Below, in pieces: positions 53,178-64,000 of a DNA stretch of 64,000 bases (the first letter of the stretch is position 1; each line of letters begins with the position of its first letter). This stretch comes from Eledone cirrhosa. Taxonomy: Eukaryota. The position numbers were made by a program, and so were the translations under genes. Location: the NCBI GenBank assembly GCA_964016885.1, contig OZ024743.1:258478001-258542000 (forward strand), read 5' to 3'. The notes beneath the pieces are model-generated. The model saw only the letters and a list, made by a program, of their open reading frames with translations. It searched no databases and was not told the DNA's origin.

Positions 53178-55427
53178 TATCATCATCAACATCATCACTT
53201 TTACGTCCGTTTTTTTCAAGCTTGAATGGGTTGGATGGGTCCTCAGCATGGGATCTTTCCACTCATTGCATTCTTTCATCATCTCCTCTGTGGGTCTCAG
53301 TGATTCGAGGTCAGCTCTCTCTATCTCTGCCCAGATCTTTCTTGGTCTACCTCTACTGTGGCTTCCTTCCACTGGGATTTCCAGATATTTCTTCACCCAG
53401 TGATCATTGTCCATGCACATCATATGTCCATACCAGCCCTGTCTTCTCTCCTGCACACCACATCAGATTTCTCTTAAACCCAGCTTCTCCCTCAACTCAT
53501 CCAAGCTCTGCCAGTCTCTCCCACTTACATCTAATAAAGCATGGTTGCTTCATTTTTTCCAGTCTACACATGTCTTCTGAAGTTACTGCCCATGTTTCAT
53601 TTCTATGCAGCATTGCACTTTGCATGAACGTGTCATACAGTTGTCCTTTTTTACGTAGAGAGAAATCTTTTGTCGTTAACAGTGGGAGTAGCCCTCTAAA
53701 CTTTTTCTATCATATATTTATTCTAGCTATTATGCTCTCAGAGCACTCTCCTCTATTGCTTATTAAGTCACCTAGATAGCAGAAGATATCAATCACTTCT
53801 ATGGGTCTTTCCTGTGACTGGAATAGGTTTACATCACTGACGTTCTTCCCCTCAGTTACCATTATGCATCTTTTACATACAAAGTCTTCCCATCCTGTTA
53901 GTCTACCCATTATCCCAATACATCTCTTGTGCACCCAAGATTTACATTGTGTACACCGTATGGAGTTTATGTCCACTTTGGTTCATATTGAGTTGGGCCA
54001 CTTCCCTGAGGGGATCAGGGTCCTATTTTCTGTCCTACTCACTAGCACCTTAGCTTTGCCAAAATTTACTCTCAGACCCTTTGATTCCAATTTCAGTTTC
54101 CATAGACAGAATTTATTTTCTAGTTCTTTTATGGATTCAGTTATAAGTACCAAATCTGCATTGAGAAGTTCCTATGGGCAACTGGTCCATAACTCCTCTG
54201 TTACAGCCTGGGGAACTATAATGAATAGTAGTAGGCTAAAAACCGAACCCTGATGAACTCATATCTGTACTTTGAATTCCTCACTAAACTCACTTCCTAC
54301 TCTCACTTTACTGATAGCTCTTCTGTACATGGCTTGTACTACTCTCACAAGCTATTCTTCTACATCTAATTCCCTTAACGACCACTAGATAATAAATCAG
54401 GGTACTCTGTCAAAAGCCTTTTCTAGATCAACAAAAGCTAAATATAGTTGTTTATTCTTGGCTAGGAACTTCTCTTGAAATTGCCTCACTAAGGAGAGGG
54501 CATCTCCAGTACTTTTCCCAGGCATGAAACTAAACTGCATCTCATTTAATTTTACTCTTTCCCTAATTAGTTGTGTTATAACTCTTTCCATCACCTTCAT
54601 AACTTGATCTATTAGTTTTATTCCTCTATAATTGCTCCTTTCTAGAGCATCACCTTTGCCCTTGTAGCAATTTATGATTGTACTGTTGCACCAGTCATTG
54701 GTTATGACACCCTCCAGTATTACTTGATTGACTATGTGGGTTACTTTTAGCATCTTAGCAATTATCACTGACAGTCCTGTAGCTTTACAATTTTTCATCT
54801 CTTTGATTGCATCTTTAACCCTAAAATTCTCAGCTTCAATAACTAGTCAACCCTTTGAGTAATTTGTGGATAGTTTCACTTCTTCCCATTTATTTTCTAC
54901 ATTCATCAATATCTCATTGTAACATTTCCAGACCTCTTTCTTTTGAGCATCAGTGGTGCTAAATATATCAGTGTCATTTCTAACACACGTTTCCCCAATA
55001 ACATCATAATTTCTACTGACACACTGCCTTCCAATGTGGGACACTTTACATTTCTAATCCTCACATCTTGGGACATTGGCAAACTTTCTTTCTTCAGCCT
55101 CTCTCTGAGCTGGTTATACCTGTTGTCTAGCTTCTCTCTTAGCTACCTGCTACCCCCACTTTTCCAATTTTTCCATACCTGTCGCTTAGATTTAATGGCT
55201 CTATCCACTGAGCTGTTCTACCACCAGGTCACCCTCTGTCTGACTTGTGCCATACTCTAGCCAAAAGTCTTGTCAGTTGTTTACAAAAGGTTGTCACACA
55301 AGAACTTCCAGTTTTTCTCTATGTCCTATGTATCTAACTCATCACCTCTCTCAGAAAATGCATCCCAAAGAGCCTTTCTAAACCTGTATTTAATTGAAAG
55401 GTCCTTTAGATTCCAAACCCTTCATCT

Positions 55428-55431
<4 letters not shown>
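53178..55431 (-). pseudogene. 5'-truncated RTE-clade LINE ORF (linker, RT and C-terminus), decayed
   Basis: RVWNLKD, TWW*N, YKGKGDALERSNYRGIKL, QFSFMPGKSTGDA, LYLAFVDLEKAFDRVP, FCYLGD, QERRQGWYGHMM..GRPRKIW, and tail CGGACGTAAAAG(TGA)n. Confidence 0.95.
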
Positions 55432-55473
<42 letters not shown>

Positions 55474-55556
55474 AGTTAGGTAATTTTTGTAAAAGGATAT
55501 TTTATATCCAAAGGTAGTAAAACATTCAATTTGAAGGACGAGTTTTAATATACAAA

Positions 55557-55789
55557 GTCATTCAAATATGTTTGACTGACTAGCTATGGAAATCTTTTCA
55601 CTTCAAAATGCACATGATAGATGAAATTGTGAATTGAACCTCATCATCACCGTTTTACATCCATTCTGTTAGCATGGAAAAATGGACGTAAAACGGTGAT
55701 GATGAGGTTCAATTCACAATTTCATCTATCATGTGCATTTTGAAGTGGAAATATTTCCATAGCTAGTCAGTCAAACATATTTGAATGAC
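55557..55789. repeat. Near-perfect fold-back inverted repeat (109-bp arms, 15-nt loop)
   Basis: 55557-55665 pairs with 55681-55789 with 3 mismatches by my manual alignment; the centre is the RTE tail motif. Confidence 0.95.
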
Positions 55790-55969
55790 GTGCTGTGGAA
55801 ATATTCCTTCAGCAAATTCGACAGATGAAGATGTGAATATACCCTGATTTTGTAAATATAAATCATAGGGTGTAATAATAACTTGGTCCTATACCAGCTT
55901 GGAAAGACAAATGCACCACCATAGTGTACTGCCAGACACTGCTTGCTCTCTCCCTTACTCAAAAACATT

Positions 55970-56405
55970 TAGGTCCCACCGCCCCATGCCAGCATGGCCC
56001 TTCCATCCCCCCCTCTACATCATTATCTAATCTCTTTCCCTAACACCTTTTTCTTTCTCCATCCCTTGTCCACCCATATCAGCATGGAAAGGTGCTATAC
56101 TACTATACACCCAACAATGTACTGCACTCTTAAAGCCACCTTTCCCTCACCCCATCAACCTAAGTAAGCAACATGTTCCCTTCTCCTAACCCTCCTATCA
56201 CTTCTACCCCAGCCTGGCAAAGGACACAATGAGTGCCTTACATTTGAAAAGTGGTTGTGCAGGTGTCACAATAAAAACACCCAGTTCAACCTGTTAGTTG
56301 GTAGTGGTGGGCCCATGCTGTGAAGTGATTGGCATTATGACAGGTATCTACAATGAAACATGACAACCTGTCTAACCCATGCAAGCAAGAAAAATAGATG
56401 TAAAT
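55970..56405 (+). mobile_element. C-rich spacer plus decayed SINE-like 3' module
   Basis: GGTGTCACAATAAAAACACCCAG...AACCTGTCTAACCCATGCAAGCAAGAAAAATAGATGTAAA. Confidence 0.6.
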
Positions 56406-57038
56406 ATATCTATATATATATATATATTCTTTTTTTTTTATACGGAGGAGGTTAAACTCTGAGACATAAAAAGCTGAGCGCTGTCGTATTTTCTGTAGCA
56501 AACATTTGCTCCGAAGATATGTGTCGTCAGTTCCAAAAAGTGTGGTTGGTCCTACACAAGCCTTCACCACGTAAAACAACACTTTGTGTGGGTAGTTCAA
56601 CATCAGTTCACTTTCTTACATCAACTTTTGTTGGACACTCATATGTCGGATATCGACAGGAAAGTCTATTATCATATATACATGTGTTTGTGTCGATGTC
56701 TGTGTTTGCACAACAAGTATTTTAAGTGAAACCTTTCTGCTGAAGGACATTATGAGGAAATAATACATAGGAGCCTTGAATGAAACGAGTATTGTGTTTC
56801 ATATGATTAACTAAATGCCTTCAAAGCAGTGCCCAAGCATGGCCACTGTCCAACAACTGAAACCAATAAAAGAATAAGTGAATACAAGAATTCAGTAGAA
56901 TAATTATTGGGTAAAACTCAGAATGATCTGTTGTTGGCAAGAATTTAATTCAAAAACTAAATATAACAACTTAAGTAATGTTAGGTTATCATGCCATGGG
57001 GTGCTGGAATGGAATAGATATTATATATGTGTGTGTGC

Positions 57039-57106
<68 letters not shown>

Positions 57107-57230
57107 GTATATATATATATATGTATGTGTAATATATATATATTTCCAGAGAGAGAAAAATACACACATCATCATTATCATCATCATGGTTTAATGTCTA
57201 TTTTCCACGCTAGCATGGGTTAAACTTATT

Positions 57231-57293
<63 letters not shown>

Positions 57294-57314
57294 GTATATA
57301 CATGCATGTGTGTG

Positions 57315-57347
<33 letters not shown>

Positions 57348-57365
57348 GTATATACATGTATGTGG

Positions 57366-57406
<41 letters not shown>

Positions 57407-57559
57407 TCAATGGTGGCTATGTTTGTCACATAAGAAATGACCTTCCTGATGAAGCAGGGTCACTGTTACAAACATTGACATACACCAAACATACACCATT
57501 TATAATTATAACATTTCATCAGTTTTCTTTCTTATTTCTAATTCAATTGTGTACTGTCT

Positions 57560-57905
57560 GCACCTACCTCAGCAACTCCACCCCACCATCCTACCTCCAC
57601 ACCAACACCCTACTTTCTCCACAGTACCCTAGTGTCTCCCCACTGTCCAACCTCTACTCCAACCTTCTATCCCACCACCTACGCAACCTCTACTCCACCG
57701 CCCTATATCAGCAGCTCCACCGAACTGCTCTAACTCTCCCAACCACTCTATCTCCACCCAACCACTCTATCTCCACTCCACCACTCAACCTCAGCAGCTC
57801 CAGCCCATTGCTGTCCACCTCCTCATCCCTACCTCCTCCACCCTGCTATAGTTCTTCCATTCCACCGCCAACCTACGCCCCACTGCCCTACCTCTATCTC
57901 CTCAT
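57560..57905. repeat. C-rich degenerate low-complexity tract (CTCCAC/CCAACC-like)
   Basis: Strong C skew with short internal repeats. Confidence 0.6.
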
Positions 57906-58064
57906 TTAAGAGACAGAGTTTTCTAGAAAATTAATGTAAGCAGCAAAGAGAAATTTTGGCAGAAGTTCTTCCATCAGATTTATTCCGTTGCTCTAGGTTA
58001 GGTTAGTTGCCAAATATTTAAATTAGAATTCAAAATTTACAAGACAAATTTAAAACTGAGTGTG

Positions 58065-58101
<37 letters not shown>

Positions 58102-58218
58102 CTGTTTGTGTATGTGTGTATATCCATGCCACCATGGAAAAATGGATGTATAATGATGGAATGATGGCGAGGTCAGTGATAGTGGTGGTGATAACGATAT
58201 ATACATATATATATATAT

Positions 58219-58250
<32 letters not shown>

Positions 58251-58739
58251 TATGTGTGTGTAGGAGGGACAGTGAAGGATTTTATTTGATAAGTTTTATA
58301 AAGAACAGTCTGAGAAATACATCTTACCAAAACATTAAATCACCAACACCAACGCCACTCTCCTCATCATCACTACTGTCATCACCAACATCAATATCAT
58401 CATGAACAACATATACATCACTACCATCGTCAACACCCCCACCATCACTACCATCAACATCAGTATCACCATCACCATCATCATTATCTCTACTACATAT
58501 GAGTGATAAAAAGCAAAGGGGATTCTGGATGGATTTGAACTCAGAACATCAAACAATTAACGAAATATCGCAAGTATTTTGTCCACTACTGTCCTCATAT
58601 ACCTGCAATTCACCACTGTCATTAGATGTCAACCAATGAGCTCATATGTCCACTACTGGCATCATATCTCAATCAGAGACATCTTATGCCCACTACTGCT
58701 GTCATATGTCTACAATACACCACTGACATTATATGTTTA

Positions 58740-59035
58740 CTAGTGACATCATATGTCCACTGGTGACGTCATATGTTAACCAGTGATGTCATACGTTAAC
58801 CAGTGATGTCATATGTTAACCAGTGATGTCTTACGTTAACCTGTGATGTCATATGTTAACTAGTGATGCAATATGTAAACCAGTGATGTCATACGTTAAC
58901 CAGTGATGTCATATGTTAACCAGTGATGTCATATGTTAACCAGTGATGTCATATGTTAACCTGTGATGTCATATGTTAATCAGTGATGTCATATGTTAAC
59001 CAGTGACATCGTATGTCAACCAGTGACATCATATA
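58740..59035. repeat. 20-bp minisatellite GATGTCATATGTTAACCAGT (~14 copies; degenerate flanks ~58580-59160)
   Basis: Directly visible. Confidence 0.95.
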
Positions 59036-59214
59036 TACACTACTTATGTCATATGATCACTGCAGATGTCCTGTCTACTACAGATGTCATGTGTCAACCA
59101 GTGATGCCATATGGTTACTACAGACCTCATATGCTGACCAGTTACTTCTGATCTCAACCAGTTGTGCACAAACACTGACATGAACATACACACTCATGTA
59201 TACACTCACACATT

Positions 59215-59545
59215 TCTGATGGGCTTCTGCATAGTTTCAATCTACAGAATTTCATTCAGAAGGTATTGTTCAAAACAAAATTACAGTAAAAGACTCTGAG
59301 CAAAGTTGCCACAACACTGTGACACCTAAACCCAAGACTTTAATAAAAGAGATTTATGTAAGGGTTCATAAAATGGTAAAACCTAAAACCTATACTTTAG
59401 TAAAAGACACTTACGAAAGGTGTTATAAGATTGTGACACTTAAAACCAAGAATTTTTACGAAAGGACAATTGACAAAAGTGCCACAGCATAGTGTGACCT
59501 AAACCTGAAATGACACGATTGTGAAGTAAAACTCCTTAACCACAT
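59215..59545 (-). mobile_element. Decayed SINE with internal partial duplications
   Basis: GATGGGCTTCTGCATAGTTTC..., repeated GTAAAAGACACTT...GTGCCACA; same family as 14255-14395 and 13705-13800. Confidence 0.55.
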
Positions 59546-60444
59546 ATACTGGTCATGCTGTAGCTACACTTATATATGTACAGAATCAAAAGATGAATTG
59601 GTAAAACTTTCTCTGTGAGGAAACAGATGAAAGACAGAAGAAGAGGAAGAGAGAAACAATAAACAGGATGAAAGATGGAAAGAATCCCATTTAAAATTCA
59701 ACCTATTAGCAAGAAATATATGCTGAGGCTTTTAGCATATATTTCTGCTTTGATAATAATAAGTACTGTGTTTCATCTTTTTTTATATTTCTCTCTATCT
59801 ATATCTATTATATTCTTATCTTGCTAGCTTCATTATTCATGATATCTTTATAAACCATCAAATATCTTTTTTATTCTTATCACTGTTATTGTTGTTTTTA
59901 TTGTTTTCCTTGTTGATGTGGTTATTATTATCATTTATTTATCATGTTGTTGTTTTTTTAGGAAGGATTTATGCCGAGAATCTCTTTGAATTATCCTTTA
60001 ACTTTCTTCATTTTGCTTTTGTTTATATGTATGTGTGTGTGAGTGTGTGTGTGTGAGTATGTTTGTGTGAGTATGTTTGGGTGTGTGTGTATGTGTATAT
60101 ATGTATATATATATGTGATATAAGTATGTTATTTATATATATATATATATATATGTGCATTATATATATATATATGATATATGTGTGTATATGCATATAT
60201 ATATATTTGCATATATATATGTATGTATATATACATATATGTATATGTATATATACATATATGTATATATACATATACATATATGTATATGTATATGTAC
60301 ATATATGTATATGTATGCATATATGTATGTATATATACATATATGTATATGTATCATCATCATCATCATCATCGTTTAACGTCCATCTTCCACGCTTGCA
60401 TGGGTTTGGATGTATGTATATTTATGCATATATATATGTATATA

Positions 60445-60750
60445 TCATCATCATCCTTTTACGTCCACTTTTCCCTGCTTGCAAGGGTTGGACGGGTGAT
60501 ATTCAGCACAGCATCTCTCCACTTGTCACGGTCCTTCGTCATCTCCTCCGTGATTTTCAGCGATCTGAGGTCTGCTCTCACCCCCTCTGCCCATGTTTTT
60601 TGTGGTCTACCTCTACTGCGTGTTCCTTCTACTGGGATTTCTTGGCACTTCTTCACCCAGCGGTCATCCTCCATGCGCATCACATGTCCATACCATCTCA
60701 ATCTTCTCTCCTGCACACCACAACTTATCCCTCTTATACCCAGTTTCTTA
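60445..60750 (-). mobile_element. RTE LINE 3'-end fragment with an uninterrupted C-terminal frame
   Basis: [23 protein letters not shown]...GRPQKTW...DRDKWRDAV...* then GGACGTAAAAG(GAT)n. A second bare tail lies at 60353-60410. Confidence 0.93.
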
Positions 60751-61067
60751 TTTATATATATATATATATATATTTATGCATATGTATATATGAATGTATA
60801 TATAGTGTATATATAGTGTATATAGTGACAATGTCACTGAAAATTTAAGTAAGTGACATTGTCACTACTTTAAAACAATAGCGTATGGTCTTCAAAATGT
60901 TTTTAATTAAGCATACAGTGTATTGCAAAATACACTGTATATACATTCATATATATATTGCTATTTCAGAGCACCAATTCTAAAATATATATATGTATAT
61001 ATATATATGTGCGTGTGTGTGTGTGTGTTTGTCTGTGTGTATGTGTGTATATGTCTGTATATATATT

Positions 61068-61421
61068 ATCATCATCATCATCGTTTAACGTCCATCTTCC
61101 ACGCTAGCATGGGTTTGGACGGGAATTGTCCCACTTGAGGCAAGATTGGTTGTCTTGCTCGCATAGGACTGGCTGGCGGGTTTTCTACGGCTGGATGCCC
61201 TTCCTAACACCAACCACATTTACAGTGTGGACTGGGAGGCTTTTACCGTGTTACCTACATGGCCACATTACAGCATGGACTGTGTGTTTTTTGTCGTGAC
61301 ACCTACACGACCTCATTTGTTTCGGACTGGATGTTGTGGTACCAACATAACTTTACATTGGAAGGGGTAGTGTGGATGGGGTGGGGGTAGTGGGGCCGGG
61401 GTGTATTTTTGTTAGAGGTGC
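61068..61421 (-). mobile_element. SINE-like 3' module with RTE tail, directly downstream of the APE frame
   Basis: Reverse complement: C-rich spacer, CCAGTCCACACTGTAAA..GTTAGGAAGGGCATCCAGCCGTAGAAA..CCCATGCTAGCGTGGAAGATGGACGTTAAAC(GAT)n. Confidence 0.85.
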
Positions 61422-62504
61422 CTACTGACTGTAGGTTTCGCTTTGTATAATGCTTTTAAATTTATTACTGGCTGTGGGGTCCTTTAGCTTCCATATTTTT
61501 CTCCTGAAGATAGTCCTCCTCTGTTGTCGAGTACATCTTGTCCTGACTACAAGGTCGCTGAGTATGAGTCTATGTTGGGAGGTGCATTCTTCATGGGGGA
61601 GGGATTTAGTGTTTACAACAGACACTCTATCACGTCTTCTGGTAAGGATATAATCTATCTGACTCACGTGTTCCCCTGGTCTATAGGTGATCAAGAGATT
61701 GTCTTGTTTTTTGAAGTTAGTGTTACAGACAGTTAGGTTATTTGCATCACAGAATTCCAGGATTCTGGAGCCTTCCTCATTTCTAGTACCAAACCCATAG
61801 CCTCCATGGATTCCGTCATAGCCATCACAATGTTGTCCAACGTGACAATTTAGGTCGCCAGCAATAATTATGTAGTCACTGTCGGTTATTTGGGAGGTAG
61901 TGAGCATCAATGTCTCATAGAATCTGTTTTTTATAATGCCAGGCATTCCGGATTGGGGTGCGTACGCAGATATTACTGTCACAGTAGTTCTATTTAGGAC
62001 AAGTCTTATTTTAATTATTCTGTTGTTCACTCTATTTACGTCTATTATCTTATCTACCCCTTTTTCTGCTAACATGATTCCTACCCCACCGAGCCCATTG
62101 TCATTTCCCACCCAGAAAAGCTTATAGCATCATTTTTTACCCACAATGAATCTAGCAGACCCACCCCTCCAACTGGTCTCTTGGATACAGCAAACATCAA
62201 CCTCCTTACGTTCAAGCATTTCTACAACCTCGTTAGAGCGACCTTTTAAGGTGCCTACATTCATGGTACCAACTCTGAAGTTTTGGATTGCGTTTGGTGG
62301 GTGGAAACGGTGGGGCGCGGGGAGGGAGGAGGGGGCTGGGATTGGGATTATGTTGGCCATCCACGGCCGAAATAAAGAGGAGTCCTTGCCTTTTCGTCCG
62401 GCAGCATGAGGTGAATTTGTCTTTATCTTTGGCATTGTCACTGAGAGTCCAAATTTTTCAGACTCTCCAGCATTCCCTAGTCCATCCATCATATCGAAAG
62501 GCAA
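61422..62504 (-). pseudogene. RTE-type apurinic/apyrimidinic endonuclease (APE) frame with one in-frame TGA at 62130-62132 and no RT
   Basis: TMNVGTL, CCIQET, GVGI, SAYAPQ, GDLNCHVG, GFGTRNEEG, NTNFKK, SQIDYIL, TSQHR. The two listed ORFs are in the same frame (G-K-K-stop-C-Y-K-L-F-W-V-G). Confidence 0.92.
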
Positions 62505-62787
62505 CCGGAAGAAGTGATAGCATAGGCCGCTGACTTATGATTGGTCGAAATAATAATGGTGGCAGGTGGGAGATGTGTGGGGTAGTTAGCGAGAAGGTCT
62601 AAATAAAATCCTCGAATAGATTGTTATTTTAGAAAAACAAACGAGAAGGTTTAAATAAAATCCTCGAATTTTGGGCATAATTGGACAAGCATATAACAGT
62701 AATAAGCAAATAATATTTAGAACAACCTGACAGAATTATAGAATAGCATTGAGATGGACCATGAAGATGGAGAGACAAGAAAAGAAA

Positions 62788-62821
<34 letters not shown>

Positions 62822-62822
62822 G

Positions 62823-62909
<87 letters not shown>

Positions 62910-64000
62910 GAAAGGTATAGAAATGAAAGGTATAGAAAACACTGCACCGAAAAGCGGACAGCATTCCATAGTATATATATATATATATATAGTATTAAGG
63001 ATACTATTTATGGTTATGTATATACTAAAACTTTTTATAGTTATATATATTTTAAACCCTAAACAGTGAAAGTCAGTAATTTATTACTACCTTATTACCA
63101 GTAAGATAAATAGCTCAATGTAATAACATCAGTTGTTCTACAGAGTAGTTATATAGAATTCACAGGAATCAAAGCATTTATTCGCTTACAATTGTTTCAT
63201 CCAAACCGAGGCTTGGAGTCTTCGGAGCATTTTTCAATGTTTGTACACATACATGACCTCCTTTCCAACGCAAGAGACATACAGATACATATGTATATAT
63301 TGATGTACAGTGGGGTGACATATATTATATTATTTCTGAATGGCAATTTAAATTCAAAATTAAAATCACACTAAAACAGAATCAAAGCAAAATTAAAATT
63401 AAAATACAACATCAATGCAAAATTAAAATACAATCGGCAGTTAACGTAGATAATGCAAGAGGGTAGTTTGATAGTCAGTTGTAGTAGTTATTGTATGCAT
63501 TAGTTACACGTGGGGCATGCACGTGTGTCTTATTTATATATGATTATTGTGCAGCAGGGTGTTACATGTAATACAAGCACTTTAAGCGGGTAATCAAGAG
63601 TATTATGGAGGTTGTAGTGGCAAGGTATTTTCTGTATATGATAAAGAAGCTTGTGTGCAGAAAAATAGTATAAATGAGAAGCAAAATAATGTTATGGTTT
63701 TTGTAAACACCACCATTTTCACATTCAGGAAACGTAATATATAGTTTATATGTCCTTCACATAATTAACGATGAATCCGTATTGGATGTTTGATGTATTA
63801 AGTTAAATTATTATAGCTTGTTGCGGCTCAGTGTTCTTTAATCCAATTTTATAGAGCAGGTTGTTTCTGTTGCGAGAATTTACATCGTTTTATTATCCGG
63901 AAGTATGTGTGTGATTAAGGGGAGTTAATGCGTGAGGGGAGGTAACTAGCTGATTTCTATAACTAAATTTATTATTCCAACATACATTAAAAGGTGTCTC

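Noticed and set aside
56470-56560. CTGACGA...GAAAA on the minus strand as a possible hammerhead
   Set aside because: No clean stem II abutting GAAA and no convincing stem I or III.
57310-57909. 199-aa Pro/Ser-rich ORF
   Set aside because: Starts in a microsatellite and runs through a C-rich low-complexity tract; compositional artefact.

Overview
AT-rich, repeat-saturated animal genomic DNA with no host protein-coding gene that I can support. The SINE and LINE families and the dense (TA)n/(CA)n/(CAT)n microsatellites point to a coleoid cephalopod such as Octopus (inference from my recollection of these families, no search run). About 44% of the window is two long minisatellite arrays with kb-scale higher-order duplications: an 18-bp unit at 1-8880 and a 37/27-bp G/T-rich unit at ~26214-45590. 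All the giant ORFs are artefacts of these arrays. The remainder holds decayed RTE-clade LINE pieces, a Penelope-like RT remnant, tRNA-derived SINEs, a non-autonomous Helitron, and hAT and piggyBac-type MITEs. Most notable: (1) a PHD-like Cys/His finger inserted inside the RT domain in two RTE copies; (2) an endonuclease-only RTE derivative with a near-intact APE frame joined to a SINE-like 3' module, one of several chimeras using that module; (3) several hammerhead-ribozyme-like remnants near (TA)n tracts, including an inverted pair; (4) a 109-bp-arm near-perfect fold-back centred on an RTE 3' tail.
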